64,000 nt of DNA from NCBI GenBank assembly GCA_030390025.1, contig CM059432.1, forward strand, positions 100,132,001 through 100,196,000. The letters run 5' to 3'. Shown here piece by piece: positions 50,222 through 63,405 of the stretch. A program made the position numbers and the translations under genes. The notes beneath the pieces are model-generated. The model saw nothing but the letters and a program-made list of their open reading frames with translations, made no database searches and was not told where the DNA came from. The first letter of the stretch is position 1. Each line of letters begins with the position of its first letter. The DNA is from Squalus acanthias (lineage: Eukaryota).

Positions 50222-51828
50222 TGAATTCCCTTTGCTTCCAAAAATTTATCGACTTCTGTCTTGAATATACTCAACGACTGAGCATCCACAGCTCTCTGGG
50301 GTAGAGAATTCAGAGAATTCCAAAGATTCACAACCCTCTGAGTGAAGAAATTTCTCCTCATCTCAGTACTAAATGGCCGACCCCTTATTCTTAGACTGTG
50401 ACCCCGTGTTCTAGATTCCCCAGCCAGGGGAAACATTTTCCCAGCATTAACCCTGTCAAGCCCCTTAAGAATTTTATACGTTTCAATTAGATCACCTCTC
50501 ATTCTTCGAAACTCTAGGGAATATAGGCCTAGTCTACTCAATCTCTCCTCGTAGGGCAATCCCCTCATCCCCGGAACCAGTCTAGTGATCCTTTGTTGCA
50601 CTCCCTCTAAGGTAAGTATGTCTTTTCTTAGGTAAGGTGACCAGAACTGTACACAGTACTCCAGGTGTGGCCTCACCAATGCCCTGTATAATTGTAGTAA
50701 GACTTCTTTACTCTTATACTCTAATCCCTTTGTAACAAAAGCTAACATACCATTTGCTTTTCTAATTGCTTTTTGTACCTGCATGTTAACTTTCTGTGAT
50801 TCATGTACAAGGACACCCAGGTCCCTCTGAATGCAAACATTTCCCAGTCTCTCACCATTCAAAAAATATTCTGCTTTTTTGTTTTTCCTACCAAAGTGGA
50901 TAACTTCACATTTCCCCATATTGTATTCCATTTGCCATGTTCTCGCCCACTCAGTCAACCTGTCTATATCTCTCTGCAGCCTCTTTGCGTGCTCCTCGCA
51001 GCTTACTTTCCCACCTAACTTTGTATCATCAGCAAACTTGGATACGTTATACTCAGTCCCTTCATCTAAGTCATTAATATAGATTGTAAATAGCTGAGGC
51101 CCAAGCACTGATCCTTGTGGTACCCCACTAGTTACAGCCCGCCAACCCGAAAAAAGTCCCGTTTATTCCTACTCTCTCTTTTCTGTCCATTAACCAATCC
51201 TCAATCCATGCTAATATATTACCCCCAATCCCGTGAGTCTTAATTTTGTGTAATAACCTCTTGTGTGGCACCTAATCGAATGCTTTTTGAAAATCCAAAT
51301 ATACCACAACCACTGGTTCTCCCTTATCCATCCTACTAGTTACATCTTCAAAAAACTCTAGATTTGTCTGACACAATTTCCCTTTCATAAAACCATGTTG
51401 ACTCTGTATAATCATATTACAATTTTCTAAGTACCCTGTTACCATGTCCCTAATAATAGATTCTAGCATTTTGCCTACTACTGATGTCAGGCTAACCGGC
51501 CTATAGTTCCCCATTTTTTCTCTTCCTCCTTTCTTAAATAGCGGGGTTATGTTTGCTACCTTCCAATCCTTGGGGACTGTTCTAGAATCTAGGGAATTCT
51601 GGAAGATTAATACCAGTGCATCCACTATCTCTGCAGCTACCTCTTTTAAAACCCTAGGATGCAGGTCATCAGGTCCAGGGGCTTTGTCATCACTTAGTCC
51701 CATTAATTTCTCCAGTACTATAACTTTACTTATACTGATTTCTTTAAGTTCTTCAGTCTCTCTAGACTCTTGGTTCCCCATTATTTCCGGAATTTTTTTT
51801 GTGTCTTCTACCGTGAAAACAGATACAA
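50222..51828 (-). mobile_element. CR1 LINE ORF2 fragment
   Basis: NYRPVSLTSVVGK, YLDFQKAFD, FADD, VRPHLEYC in ORFs 51272..51781 and 50104..51108. Confidence 0.95.
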
Positions 51829-51829
51829 A

Positions 51830-52711
51830 GGGCTCAATTTTAATAACCCTGAGGAGGCGGGTTTGGAGGCGGGTCTGTAGCGAAAATCGGAAAAAATGGC
51901 TTCAGACACCCAGCACGCCTCCATCCCGCCCCCACCCGACTTTCGTGAGTGTCTGTTCAGCCGCTCCCAAACTGACCCGACTGGAACCGGTGGGACAGGT
52001 CGTTAAGGCAGTTAAGAGCCTGTTAACTGCCTTGCTAATCCTATTTTGATAGTGGTTTCCTATTTTCATGCTTCTGGCTCCTGTTTCCCATCTTGTCAGA
52101 AACAGGTCAGGTTCAAGGAGACGAGTTGCTGGAGGACATGATTTGTAGTCATTGGTGGAGCGCTTTAAAAGCGCCCCTGAAACATGGCTAACATTCAAAT
52201 ACAACAAATTTGCTGTTGTAGATATGGGATAACATTTTGCACATCTACTGACCTTGTGACTGTTCAAGCTGTCACCCATCTGCAGTGTGACATGAATGGA
52301 ATAATTTCAGCCCACTTCGACTGTGCGCTTGCAAGCTTGTTGCCTCAAATGAAATTTATGGCAATGAGATGAGAAAAATTTATGCCCTCTCATCCTGATC
52401 CTCATAATTGGAGGAGTACCAGCCGCGTGGGTCAGCACAGATCTTCTTGGGAAGAGAAGGAGGATAAGGGGCTCCCTGCATGCCCTGTTGTGACCAATGT
52501 AGCATCCCTCCAGTTCACTGTTGCCCGTCAAGCAGGGTATGCACACAGCCATGCCACATTAGCATAAGCTTACTCTTCAACCATAGGTGGCTACCATATG
52601 GCTCTGTAACTGTAGGTGACATTAGTCCATTATCATACATCATCTCTGCTATACCCAGTTATTTCCTATAACTTTCACCATCAGCATTACAAAACCAAGT
52701 CGCCCTGAGCC
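51830..52711 (+). mobile_element. Probable Harbinger left end or MITE
   Basis: Begins gggctcaattttaa..ggaggcgggtttggaggcggg, like the 7117 and 22182 subtermini; abuts the CR1. Confidence 0.55.
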
Positions 52712-52717
52712 CTCAAT

Positions 52718-52800
52718 GCGCCATGATCTTATTGAATGGCGGAGCAGGCTCAAAGGGCCATATGGCCTACTCCTGCTCCTAATTCTTATGTTTTTATTAT
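52718..52800 (+). mobile_element. CR1 3' tail
   Basis: gccatgatcttattgaatggcggagcaggc...cctactcctgctcct..ttcttatg. Confidence 0.85.
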
Positions 52801-54030
52801 GTTCTTCCCCATCACTCTCCTCCTCTACTTCTTCCTGCATGGCTGGGCTGGTGACAGTTCTTGGATACCTGAAAGGAGAAAGGCACAAGGGTCGGGTTGT
52901 GGTGAGTGGGGGGATGGGGGGCGGCAAGGGGAAGCAAGATGTGCATGCTTGCACCATCAGCAGCTTGTAAGTGAGAAGAGATTTTGGGATGAGGGGGAAG
53001 TGGGATGTAAGAAGCAAGATTAGGTATGAGCATACCATCCTCATCAATGCTTTCAGCCTTGCCGATCGCCACGGCCTCAGTGATGGCCCCTCCAATTATC
53101 TCCAGAACTGTCTCCTCCACTGTGTCAAGTTCTGCAGCCGTGCTTGCCCCTCACCTGTTTGCTGCTGCTCGCGCAGTTTGTGAGCCACCTTGGTCTGCAA
53201 GAGAAAGAGAAATGTGTCAGTGAGTGTGGTGCAATGTGTTTGGGTGATGTGCCTGTCATGAATGAATAGCTGGCATTGTGTGAAAGGTGTGAGATGTGGG
53301 AGTGGGGCTTGCAACAGTAGTAAGTGTGTGAGGGTGAGGTGAAGCTATGATTGTGAGGTATGAGTCGTGATTGCTAGAGATTGTTGATAAGTGAGTGATG
53401 GGGGTGTGGTGCATTGAGCAATGTGTGAGGCTAGTGGTGCAGTTAGTGGGATATGGCATTTGAAGTTGCATTCACTGATCTTGACCACTCGTGTGAGGTC
53501 ATTGAACTTCTTCCGTCAATGGATCTAGCTCCTGGGGGAAAGACTGTTGGCCCTGACCACTTCAGCGATCTCATCCCACTGTCTTCAAACAGTGTCTCTG
53601 GAAGACCTCCTGGCCTCCTACGGGTAGAGGACCTGGCTACTCCTATAGACCACCCCCCTGCACCAAGGCCTCCAGTGCTGTATTAGAGAACCAACGTGCC
53701 CTTTCACTGCCCTGTTGTAACATTGCTAACTTCCAGCTCCAGTCAGAATGAGGTACTTCTCTCACAAAGCACCTCCCCTTTAAGAAGTGCAGACAGCCTT
53801 TCACTCTGCAGGCAACCTTTAAGTAAAGAGCAGACTTCCCATGATATTGGGCCCCCTGTTGAGCGCTGAGCCAACCAGCAGCGCGTTTAGTGCTGGGTTC
53901 AACACTTCAATCATGTTAATTAGCAGGCAGCACGAATTTCACATGCTACCTGCATTACTTTCAATGGGTACGGGTAGATTGCGCATCATGATCCCCGCGA
54001 CTGTTTTCGGGCCTTATCCAATTGAGCCCC
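52801..54030 (-). mobile_element. Harbinger family B half element (Myb exons + terminus)
   Basis: Collinear with ~45495-46701; ends ccaattgagccccc. Confidence 0.85.
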
Positions 54031-54308
54031 CAGTATATTGTCAATATCCTCCATTATTTGGGAATGTCCTCAATAATAATCAACAAACGTGCTTTGATTA
54101 AATACCTTGTCCTATGGCTTCAATGTCATGATACAAATCCTTATATTTCTTTGATAGTCCAAATAAATAACAGTTGCTGCTTAAATATATGGTAGGATAA
54201 ACAGAAGGACCCCATTTTACTTCAGTCTAATACCCCAGAAAGAGGCATACATTGGGCGTAACACTGAATCTTAGCCCCATCCACTTCATGGGTGGGAGCA
54301 GGAGCTTA

Positions 54309-55058
54309 GGGCTGGATTTTGAATGACCCATAGAGTCGGGTTTGGAGGCGTGTGGGGGGTTAAAGTTGCGGGGTCGGGGGTCCCGACCCCATCCCGACTC
54401 CACGCAATTTTGACAAAATCAGTCGCGGGGTTCCCGACTCCGTCCCGCCTCCAAGAGGCGGGAGAGGCCATTAAAGCCCTTAACAAGCCCTAAATTGGCT
54501 CTGTAATGCCATTTTGAAACGTTTTAGCTCGTTTAACCCTTTTCTGATGTGAAGTACGCCTGATGTGAAACACTCCAGTGAAACCTGGCGGGAGCACAAG
54601 TGGATAGCTGACTATCGGCTGCAGGTCCGCTATTACAGCGGAGATGTGATGAAGGTAGTAGTAGTATTAGGTGTGAAAGTTGATGCTGTTGCATTGAATG
54701 TCTTCAGGGCCTTGCTGTGAGAGGACCTGGATGGAAAAAAAAAATCTCACTCTCACTCTCACTCTCACTCATATATATATTTTGCATCCAGGTCCACTCA
54801 CAGCAAAAGCCAGGCATGTCCTCTCTCACCAACAGCCAGGCAGTCACTCTCTGACCTGCAATGCAGCAGCAATGATGACATCATCAGAGGTGACTTTCAG
54901 ACTGAAACCACTAATTAGTTCATAGGTTCCCATATGCTGGAACTCAATTGCCCAATTAAGTGAAAATTGCATCATTCATCCACATTATTCTGGAGTCGGG
55001 GGGAACACAAAATGCGGATGACACGACCCCAACCCAACCCCAAGACAAAATCCAGCCC
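54309..55058 (+). mobile_element. Harbinger-type MITE (gggctggattttg family), copy 2
   Basis: Collinear with 22182-22971; same TIRs. Confidence 0.92.
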
Positions 55059-55535
55059 TGTTTGGGTCCAGCTAAGGCATGCAGATGCATGTTTGTGATG
55101 TCAATCTGACACCTCCTGTAATTTTATCCAAGGCCGCTGCTGGGTCAACAACAAATGACGGCCACACCCATTTTAATTGGGTATCCAAGGTTGTGAAGTA
55201 ATGAGCAGTGCGGGCAAGAACATTTCAAGGGCCACAAGGAAATTTCTTTTTGGTGGCTTACGGTCATTTGTAATCTGTTACTCCTATTTTTTAAATTTTG
55301 TTTTCTCATGATACACGGGCTGTCACGAGTGTTTGTGCCAACTGTAATTTTTAATGACTCGTTCCCCCAAAGTACCTTTCCAGCCATCAATGGGTTACTC
55401 AGTGGCAGTCCCAGATGTGAGGTGCTGGAAAGAAGATCCACAAAGTGATAGCAGGTGGGTTGCAATCCATAAGAGATGCTCCGTCTGGTACCTGCCTTCC
55501 TGCTTCACATACAGAGGTGACCAGATCTTGCCTTA

Positions 55536-56082
55536 CATAAGAACATAAGAAATAAGAGCAGGGGTAGGCCATATGGCCCTTCGAGCCTGCTCCACCATTC
55601 AATAAGATCATGGCTGATCATCGACCTCAACTCCACTTTCCCGCCCGATCTCCATATCCCTTGATTCCCCATGAGTCCAAAAATCTATCTATCTCAGCCT
55701 TGAATGTACTCAAAGACTCAGCATGCACAGCCCCCTGGGGCAGAGAATTCCAAAGATTCACAACCCTCTGAGTGAAGAAATTCCTCCTCATCTTAGTCTT
55801 AAATGGCCTACCCCTTATCCTGAGACTATGCCCCCTAGTTCTAGACACCCCAGCCATGGGAAACAACTTCTCAGCATCTACCCTGTCAATCTCCTTCAGA
55901 ATCTTGTATGTTTCAATGAGATCACCTCTCATTCTTCTAAACTCCAGAGAGTATAGGCCCATTCTACACAATCTCTCATCATAGGACAGCCCTCTCAGCT
56001 CAGGAATCAATCTAGTGAACCTTTGTTGCACTGCCTCCAAGGCAAGTATATCCTTCCTGAGATAAGGAGACCAAAACTGTGC
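55536..56082 (-). mobile_element. CR1 3' fragment
   Basis: QFWSPYLRKD...RRMRGDLIETYKI and tail (cataagaa)n. Confidence 0.92.
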
Positions 56083-58179
56083 AGCGTGCTCACTTCCCTG
56101 CTGCGCCTGCTTAGACGACTTTGGCGGTCGTCCTCTGGGTTTGGGAGCCTTGGAGGGTTCCGCCAAAGTCTGCTCCTCCTGCGGCTGTGCAGGGGCAGAG
56201 ACGGCCATCTCTGTTGGGTGAGGCATCTGGGGCTCTGACTTGAGGGCTCGGCAGTGGCATGGGAGTGCGAGCGCTTGGAGAGAAGCCCCCACTTCCTTGT
56301 TGTCGACTACCACCTTGTTCTCGACCACCACCATCCCACTCATGGGTCACCTGCACTTCACTGCTAGCAAGTGGCTGGATAGCACCTTGCTGCACATCAG
56401 TGGGGCCATGTGGACCCGTCTCTGTACTGACAGTCCTATAACGGGGACATCCATGTACCTCTGGTTCCTCTCCACGATAGATGCCCATCTATCCTCCATA
56501 GCTGACCATCTATCTAGAAGAGTCACCATGTTAGTTTGTGTCTGGCGATTTATGTCCTCCATGGAGGATGCCATCCTTTCCATGGCGGCACCTACATTTG
56601 CCATTGCGTGCACCACAGCATTGCTCATGTTTGACATGGACTCCTCTATTCTCTGCACACTCGCAGTTACCGTGGTTGCAAACCCAGTCAGAGCCTCCTG
56701 CATTTGTTCCTGAAGCTCCTGCACAGCGTCTACATGCAGCTGAGCAGAGCTAGGAGCACCCTGCGGCTTCCGACGAGGACTCTCCACTGCTGTCCCTGTC
56801 TCCACCATCTGCTCCTGCTCACTTGTGAGCTGTGATACACCAGGTGACAACACTAATCTATCTCGCAAACGACCCACCGAGGTGTGCGTCTCTGTGCTGG
56901 TGCTGGGTGTGCTCATTTCTGCTGACGCTGGTCCCTAAGAGGCTGGAGGTTCCTCTGAAATTCCTCCTGCTCTTCCTTCTGGACAGTGGGGAGGAGTGCT
57001 CTCGATGGTCCTGTGAGGGAGTAAAGGCATGAGTTAGACATGTGATATGTAGGTTGCAGACACATCCCATTGTGCAGATGATCAGAATTCAATTTCTATG
57101 AACATCAGATCCCATATGAGTCAGTCAGGAATGGAAAATCAGAGGGTTGGAAATCAATTCTGTCAGCAGCTTGCTGTACTGCGCCCATCTCTCCGTCCCC
57201 CACTTCCAGCTCCTCTGCACCTCCAACGATCTCCAGAGCTGCCTCCTCAGCGTTTGTTAGATGCGCCATGTATGGTGGGCCTCCTCCTGTCCTCCCCCTC
57301 TCCCTCTTATTGTGGGCTCTCTTTTCCTGCAATGAGGGACACAAGTGGAGTTTCAGAGAGATTGATGGAGTGAGTGTAAAGAATGGATAACATAGATGCT
57401 TAGAGGAAGACAATGATGGAGTGAGGTGCCAATGCCAAAGTCCCTCCCTGTGCATTGTTAGTTGTTGTCATTGCATAACGGTGAGAGCGAGTGTGAGGGG
57501 TGCATAGTAGGATGGTGAAGTGAATCTGTACATAGAGAGAGAGGGATGGTTAAGGGTGCAAGGGATGTTAGGTTGAGTTGGGATGTGCAGAAGTAGTTTG
57601 CCAACGCAGAGTGATGGGGATGAGAGGAGATGGGGAGCTGATTGAAGGTAAGTGTGATCTTATACTCACTTTTGCTGAACGTAGCAGATCATTGAACCTT
57701 TTCCTGCACTGAACCCAGGTGCGTGTAAAAACCGACCTTGCACTGATCTCCTCAGCAATTAGCAGCCAGGCTGCCTTTGTGTGCTGAGGAGAACTCCTCC
57801 TTCCATCTGAAGGGAAGAGGACCTCCTTGCATCTTCTTACTCCCTCCACAATAGCATGGAGGGAGTCATCATCAAATCGGGGAGCAGCCTTGGTCCGTTG
57901 CACTGCCATGCCTGCAGCAACCAGCATTCGGGAGCAGAAAAAAGAAAGTCATAATCAAAGGGGACATGGCCCCCTTAAATATAGAGGTTCCCAGCGCGTC
58001 ATCAAGCGTGATCACCCGACCCGCACCCACCGATTGGGCTGGGTAGCGCGCACAGCGTCCTTAATAAGGGCAATCCGGGGAAAATCATTATTGCAGGGCG
58101 GCTGCAACCGGCAGCGAGACTGGAACCCGTAAAACAACGGAGCCGCCACCATCCCGCCTCCGGGCAGAAACTCCAGCCC
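56083..58179 (-). mobile_element. Harbinger family A half element with 3-exon Myb/SANT pseudogene (~57909-56083)
   Basis: KAAPRFDDDSL...TWVQCRKRFNDLLRSAK; collinear with ~9235-11273; terminus gaaactccagccc. Confidence 0.9.
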
Positions 58180-58320
58180 TTTGAGTGAAGAAATTTCTCC
58201 CCATCTCAGTCCTAAATGGCCGACCCCTTATTCTGAGACTGTGACCCCATGTTCTAGATTCCCCAGCCAGGGGAAACATTTTCTCAGCATTAACCCTGCC
58301 AAGCCCCTTAAGAATTTTAT
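58180..58320 (-). mobile_element. CR1 internal fragment
   Basis: MFPLAGESRTWGHSLRIRGRPFRTEMGRNFFTQ. Confidence 0.85.
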
Positions 58321-58324
58321 ATGG

Positions 58325-60009
58325 AACAGCGATTTGCAGGCTGCCTCTACCCTTCCTTCTCCTCCTCCTCCTCTTCCTCCTCCTCCTCCTCCTCCCCTTC
58401 CTCCTCCTCCTCCTCCTCCTCTTCCTCCTCCTCCTCCTCCTCCTCTTCCTCCTGAGGTGGTCGCAGATCCCGTGGTGGCAAGGTCTGCGTCCTCATGATG
58501 GCCAAGTTGTGCAGGATGCAGCACGACCACCACGAAATGGGACACCTGCTCCAGCGTGCACTGGAGAGCTCCTCCCAAGCAGTCAAGCCAGTGGAACCGT
58601 TGGTTGAGTACCCCGATGGTCTGCTCGATTTAGGTGCCTCGTGGCAGCATGGCTGTCATTATATGATTGCTGGCCAAGAGTGATGGGATTGCAGAGAGTT
58701 GTTATCAGCCACGTGTAGAGTAGATAGCCCTTCTCACCAAGCAGCCACCCTTGGGTTTGACGTGGTGGCGGAAAGATGCTGACACTGCGGACTGGCGCAG
58801 AATGAAGGCATCATGACTGCTGCCAGGATACCGAGCATTCATCATCATGATGTGCTGGGCATGGTCGCACACAAACTGCACATTAAGAGAGTGGTAGTGT
58901 TTGTGGTTGAATTACATCTCAGCATTGATATGCGGTTACGGAACATCTCAGGATTGGTATGTGGCGCCCGCAAAGCCACATGTGTGCAGTCGATGGCGTC
59001 CTGCACCATGGGGAAGCCCGATATCCTGGCAAAGCCACGTGCGTGCATCCTGCTTCTCTCTGTTTAGAGAGAAGACAATGAAGTCCCTTCTCCTAGAGTA
59101 CAGATCTTCTGTGACCTCCCAGATGCAGCAATGGATGGCGAACTGCGCATATTTTCTATGTCGCCTGTTGCAGCCTGGAAGGAACCGCAGGCGAAAAAAA
59201 TTCAGGGCCACAGTCATCTTGAGGGCCACTGGCAGAGCTGTCGTCACCCTGTTCTGAGGCTGCTGGACTGGTTCCAAGAGGTGGCAGAGTTCTGTGACCA
59301 CCTCCTTGGTGAAGCTGAGCCGCGAAACAAACTGCTCCTGGCTTAGGTGCAGGTAGAAGTGCTGCCTGAAAACCCTAGGTGGATATGGCTTCCTGCTGAC
59401 AGCCCTCCTCCCCCTCTTCCTCCTCCATCCTCTGTGAGCAGCTTGACTTCTTTGCTGCCTCTGTTCCATCTCCCTGTCATGCTGCAGCGCGCGAGGGACT
59501 GCAAGTGGAGCCCCTATGACTGGGAGTAAGTGGTGTAGTCAGAGGCCTTCCAATAGGAGCCAATGCCTTCCCAACGTCCAGCAGCACTCGCTGCACACTT
59601 TAACAACATTTTAAATGTCTTCCATCAAGCCAGTGTTCATATAAACTCTGCAAGAGCCAGCAGAAGAGAAATAATCAACTTACCTGCAAGTTGGATGTAT
59701 CCGCTGGTGGGAGGTCCCTCATACAGCTGAACGCATGTTCAACTGTGCCTGTTTAGGAGAGGGCGTTGATTGGAATGGCGATGTCCAAAATGGCAGGTCG
59801 TGTGTCAAATCAGCGTTGCATGCTGACTGATGTCACGACCTGCCTACTCAGCATACTGCCGACGCACGCACGTCCCGCCCGCACTATTGCCCTCACCAAA
59901 CTGGTGATCAGTGCGAGCCTTGCCAGAAGTGTCTGGAAGCGAGGAGGCTGCCATTTTGTTCTTTAAACCGGCCTTACCTGCCGGCGCTAAGGTGCTGAAT
60001 TTCGCGGCC
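58325..60009 (-). mobile_element. Harbinger family B half element with transposase pseudogene (~59518-58330)
   Basis: LPVALKMTVALNFF, QDAIDCTHVAL, CCILHN, poly-E tail; terminus tgaatttcgcggcc. Confidence 0.9.
58359..58452. repeat. (CCT)n microsatellite encoding the transposase poly-Glu tail
   Basis: About 30 imperfect cct units; ORF 58347..58586 ends in poly-E. Confidence 0.9.
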
Positions 60010-60271
60010 ACTTTTTTAATTACATTTCGTAAAATGAATTTTAAAAAGGTAACTAGCTTATCATTTTATCAAGTGGCATTGTAGTAACTGTTACAGATCA
60101 TTGACACATTTCTCCTAAATTATGACATTTTTGATAAAGTAGAAGAATGTTAAATACTAGGAAAAGAAACAGATTCTATTCATTTTCAGGTTTCTTTGAG
60201 TTAGAGAAAGGGTTTTTCGGTATTTCTTGCAATATGATTGGTGGGAATAAATTTTGATTGAGAGATGATTA

Positions 60272-60700
60272 AGGGGCTGCTCTTTCAAAACTGAGATGAG
60301 GAGGAACTACTTCACTCAGAGGGTGGTAGGTCCATGGAATATGCTGCCACAAAAAGCTGTAGAAGCTACAACATTAATTAAATTTAAAACAGAAATAGAC
60401 AGTTTCCTAGAAGTAAAGGGCATTAAGGGTTACGGGGAGCGGGCAGGAATTTGGACATGAGTCTAGGTTCGGATCGGTCATGGCCCTGTGGGTAGTGGAG
60501 CGGGCCCAGGGACTGTGTAGCCTGATTCTGCTCCTATTTCGTGTGTGCAATTCTGTTAGATGCAGGAGATGGTTCTGTGATAGATAGTAGATTGGCGGTT
60601 AGGATCAGATCAGCCATGATCTTATTGAATGGCGGAGCAGGCTCGAGGGGCCGATTGGCCTACTCCTGCTCCTATTTCTTATGTTCTTATGTTCTTATTA
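60272..60700 (+). mobile_element. CR1 3' fragment, same subfamily as 2921-5638
   Basis: Near-identical to ~5216-5638. Confidence 0.92.
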
Positions 60701-60780
60701 TCGTCTCATGAGCAATATGATTCCCAACAAATTAACTTACAGTTACGCTGTTGTTTCAAAGCTGTTAGTTCACAAACACA

Positions 60781-62612
60781 ATCATAGAATCATAGAAACT
60801 TGCAACACAGAAGGAGGCCATTTGGCCTGTTGCGCCTCTGCTGGCTCTTTGAAAGAAGAGTGGTGCTTAGTACCACACCCCCGCATTTTGTCCATAATCC
60901 TGTAAGTTCCTCAACCTCAAGTTCCTGTCCTGATCCCTTTTAAAATTATTTATGGAATCAGCTTCCACCGCTTTTTCAGGTCGAGCGTTCCAGATCTCGA
61001 CATCTCTCTTAGTGAAAAAATTTCTCCTCATCTCCCGTCTAGCCATTTTGCCAATGATTTTGAATCTATGACCACTGGTTATTGACCCACTCACTAGAGG
61101 GAATAGTTTTTTCTCTATCTACTCTATCAAAATCTCTCATCATCTTTAAAATCTCTATTAGGTCACCTCTTAACCCTCTCTGTTCCAAGGAGAACAGTTC
61201 TATCTTTTCCAACATCCATCCTCTGCTTCCTGTCACTGAGTCAATTCTGTATCCATATTGCCACTTTCCCCTTAATTCCATGGGCTTTCATCTTTTTAAC
61301 AAGTCTCCTGTGTGGCACTTTGTTGAATGCCCTCCAAAGGTCCATATATACAATATCTACTGCATTACCTTGATCAACCTTCTCTGTTACCTCATCAAAG
61401 AATTCAATCAAGTTAGTCAGACACAATTTGCCTTTAGCAAATCCATGCTGGCTCTCCTTGATTCACCCATGCCTTTCCAAATGAAAGTTTATTTTGTTCT
61501 GATATCCGCGCAAAGACCACTTATTTCCATCTCTATAACATTGCCCGACTCCGCCCCTGCCTCAACTCATCTGTTGCTGAAACCCTCATCCATGCCTTTG
61601 TTACATCTAGACTTGACTATTCCCAAGTACTCCTGGCTGCCCTCCCACTTTCTACCCTCCGTAAACTTGAGGTCATCCTAAACTCTGCTGCCCATGTCTT
61701 AACTCGCACCAAAACCCGTTCACCCATCACCCCTGTGCTTGCTGATCTACATTGGCTCCTGGTTAAGCAATGCCTCAATTTTAAAATTCTCATCCTTGTT
61801 TTCAAATCCCTCCACAGCCTCGCTCTTCCCTAACTCTGTAATCTCCTCTAGCCCTACAACCCTCCGAGATATCTGCGCTCCTCCAATTCTAGCCTCTTGA
61901 GTATCCCCGATTTTAATCGCTCCACCATTGGCAATCATGCTTTCAGCTGACGAGGCCCTAAGCGCTGGAATTCCCTCCCTAAACCTCTCCGCCTCTTTTT
62001 TCTCCTTTAAGATGCTCCTTAAAACCTACCTCTTAGACTAAGCTTCTGTTCATCCACCCTAATATAACCTTATGTGGCTTATTGTCAAGTTTTGTTTGAT
62101 AACGCTCCTGTGAAGTGCCTTGGATGTTTTACAATGTTAAAGTTGCTATATAAATACAAGTTGTCGTTGTTGATAATGGTTTCCAATAACTTCCCCAAAA
62201 CCGATGTTAGGCTGACTGGCCTGTAGTTTCCCAGTTTATCGCGCTGCCCTTTCTTGAATACTGGTATACCATTAGCAACCCTTCAGTCCTCCCACACTAC
62301 TTCTGTATCCAATGAGGATTGAAAGATTGTGACCAATGCCCTTCTATTCCATCCTTTGCTTCCTTCAGCAACCTAGGATGCATTCCATCCAGAACAGGTG
62401 ACTTACCAACTTTCAGTAATTCTAATCTTTTTAGTATGTCTTCTCTATCTATTACTATCCTGTCCATAACTTCCCTCTCTTTTAGTGTAACCTTCACATC
62501 ATCTACTTCCATTGTGAAGACGGATGCAAAGTATTCATTTAATACTTTAGCCATGTCCTCTGCCTCTACATGAAGATTTCCCTTTTGGTCTTTAATGGGC
62601 CCAACTTTTTCA
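60781..62612 (-). mobile_element. Older CR1 with internal deletion and L2 insertion
   Basis: LNEYFASVFT, CLTNLIEFFDEVT, RGLRGDLIE and tail. Confidence 0.88.
61515..62172 (+). mobile_element. L2-type LINE 3' fragment
   Basis: LIHAFVTSRLDY, HITPVLADLHWL, FKILILVFK; tail tataaatacaag(ttg)n. Confidence 0.85.
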
Positions 62613-63258
62613 CTTTATATGCCATGGACAAATAATATGTGTGGCGATGATAAGGCAGCAATTATTACCCATCCCTAGTTGTCTTGACAAGGTAGTGGTG
62701 GGTCTTCTCCTTGACTGCTTCAGCTCTTGTGGTGATGGGGCTCCCATGATGGTGTTAGGTAAGAAGTTCCAGGATGATGAAGGATTAGTGATATATGTCC
62801 AAGTCAGGATGGTGTGTTGTGAAGGAAATAGCCATATTCCAAGAAATACATCATCCTATAAACAGATTTGATAATATTAAAACATGACAAACTGGGGTTA
62901 AAAATCTAAAAGCCTCAACGACACAAGCCGTAAAACAGAAATACAGGCTTCTGAGATAAGATGGTTTGTTAACACAAAGCTGTAAAACACCACAAGCTTT
63001 GAAATGGGAAATGTTTGTAAATACAAAGACATGGCCCAATTGAAACAGCAGGCTGGAGGTTCCTCTATGTCTGAACATTGGAACCAACACAATGGAATGA
63101 CCCAAGTAAAGTGTCAAAATCTAACACATCGAACAGGTGCACAGAACATTAAAAAAAAACAAGTGCCTTTGAAAAAATGACATCAAGTTAAAGAAATGCC
63201 TGCCGTAAAATAGTTTTATGTTAAACTTAGAACAAGGAGACATGGCTCTTAATATAAC

Positions 63259-63405
63259 ATAGAAGAAACATAGAAACATAGAAGATAGGAGCAGGAGTAG
63301 GCCATTCGGCCCCTCCAGCTTGCTCCGCCATTCAATGCGATCGCGGCTGATCATCCAAATTCAGAACCCTGTCCCTGCTTTCTCCCCATATCCCTTGATC
63401 CCTTT
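63259..63405 (-). mobile_element. CR1 3' tail
   Basis: catagaaacatagaa..ggagcaggagtaggccattcggccc...ccatatcccttgat. Confidence 0.85.

Noticed and set aside
55627..56343. 238-aa ORF fusing the Myb C-terminus to the CR1 ORF2 end
   Set aside because: Chance in-frame junction of two decayed elements, with no evidence of expression.
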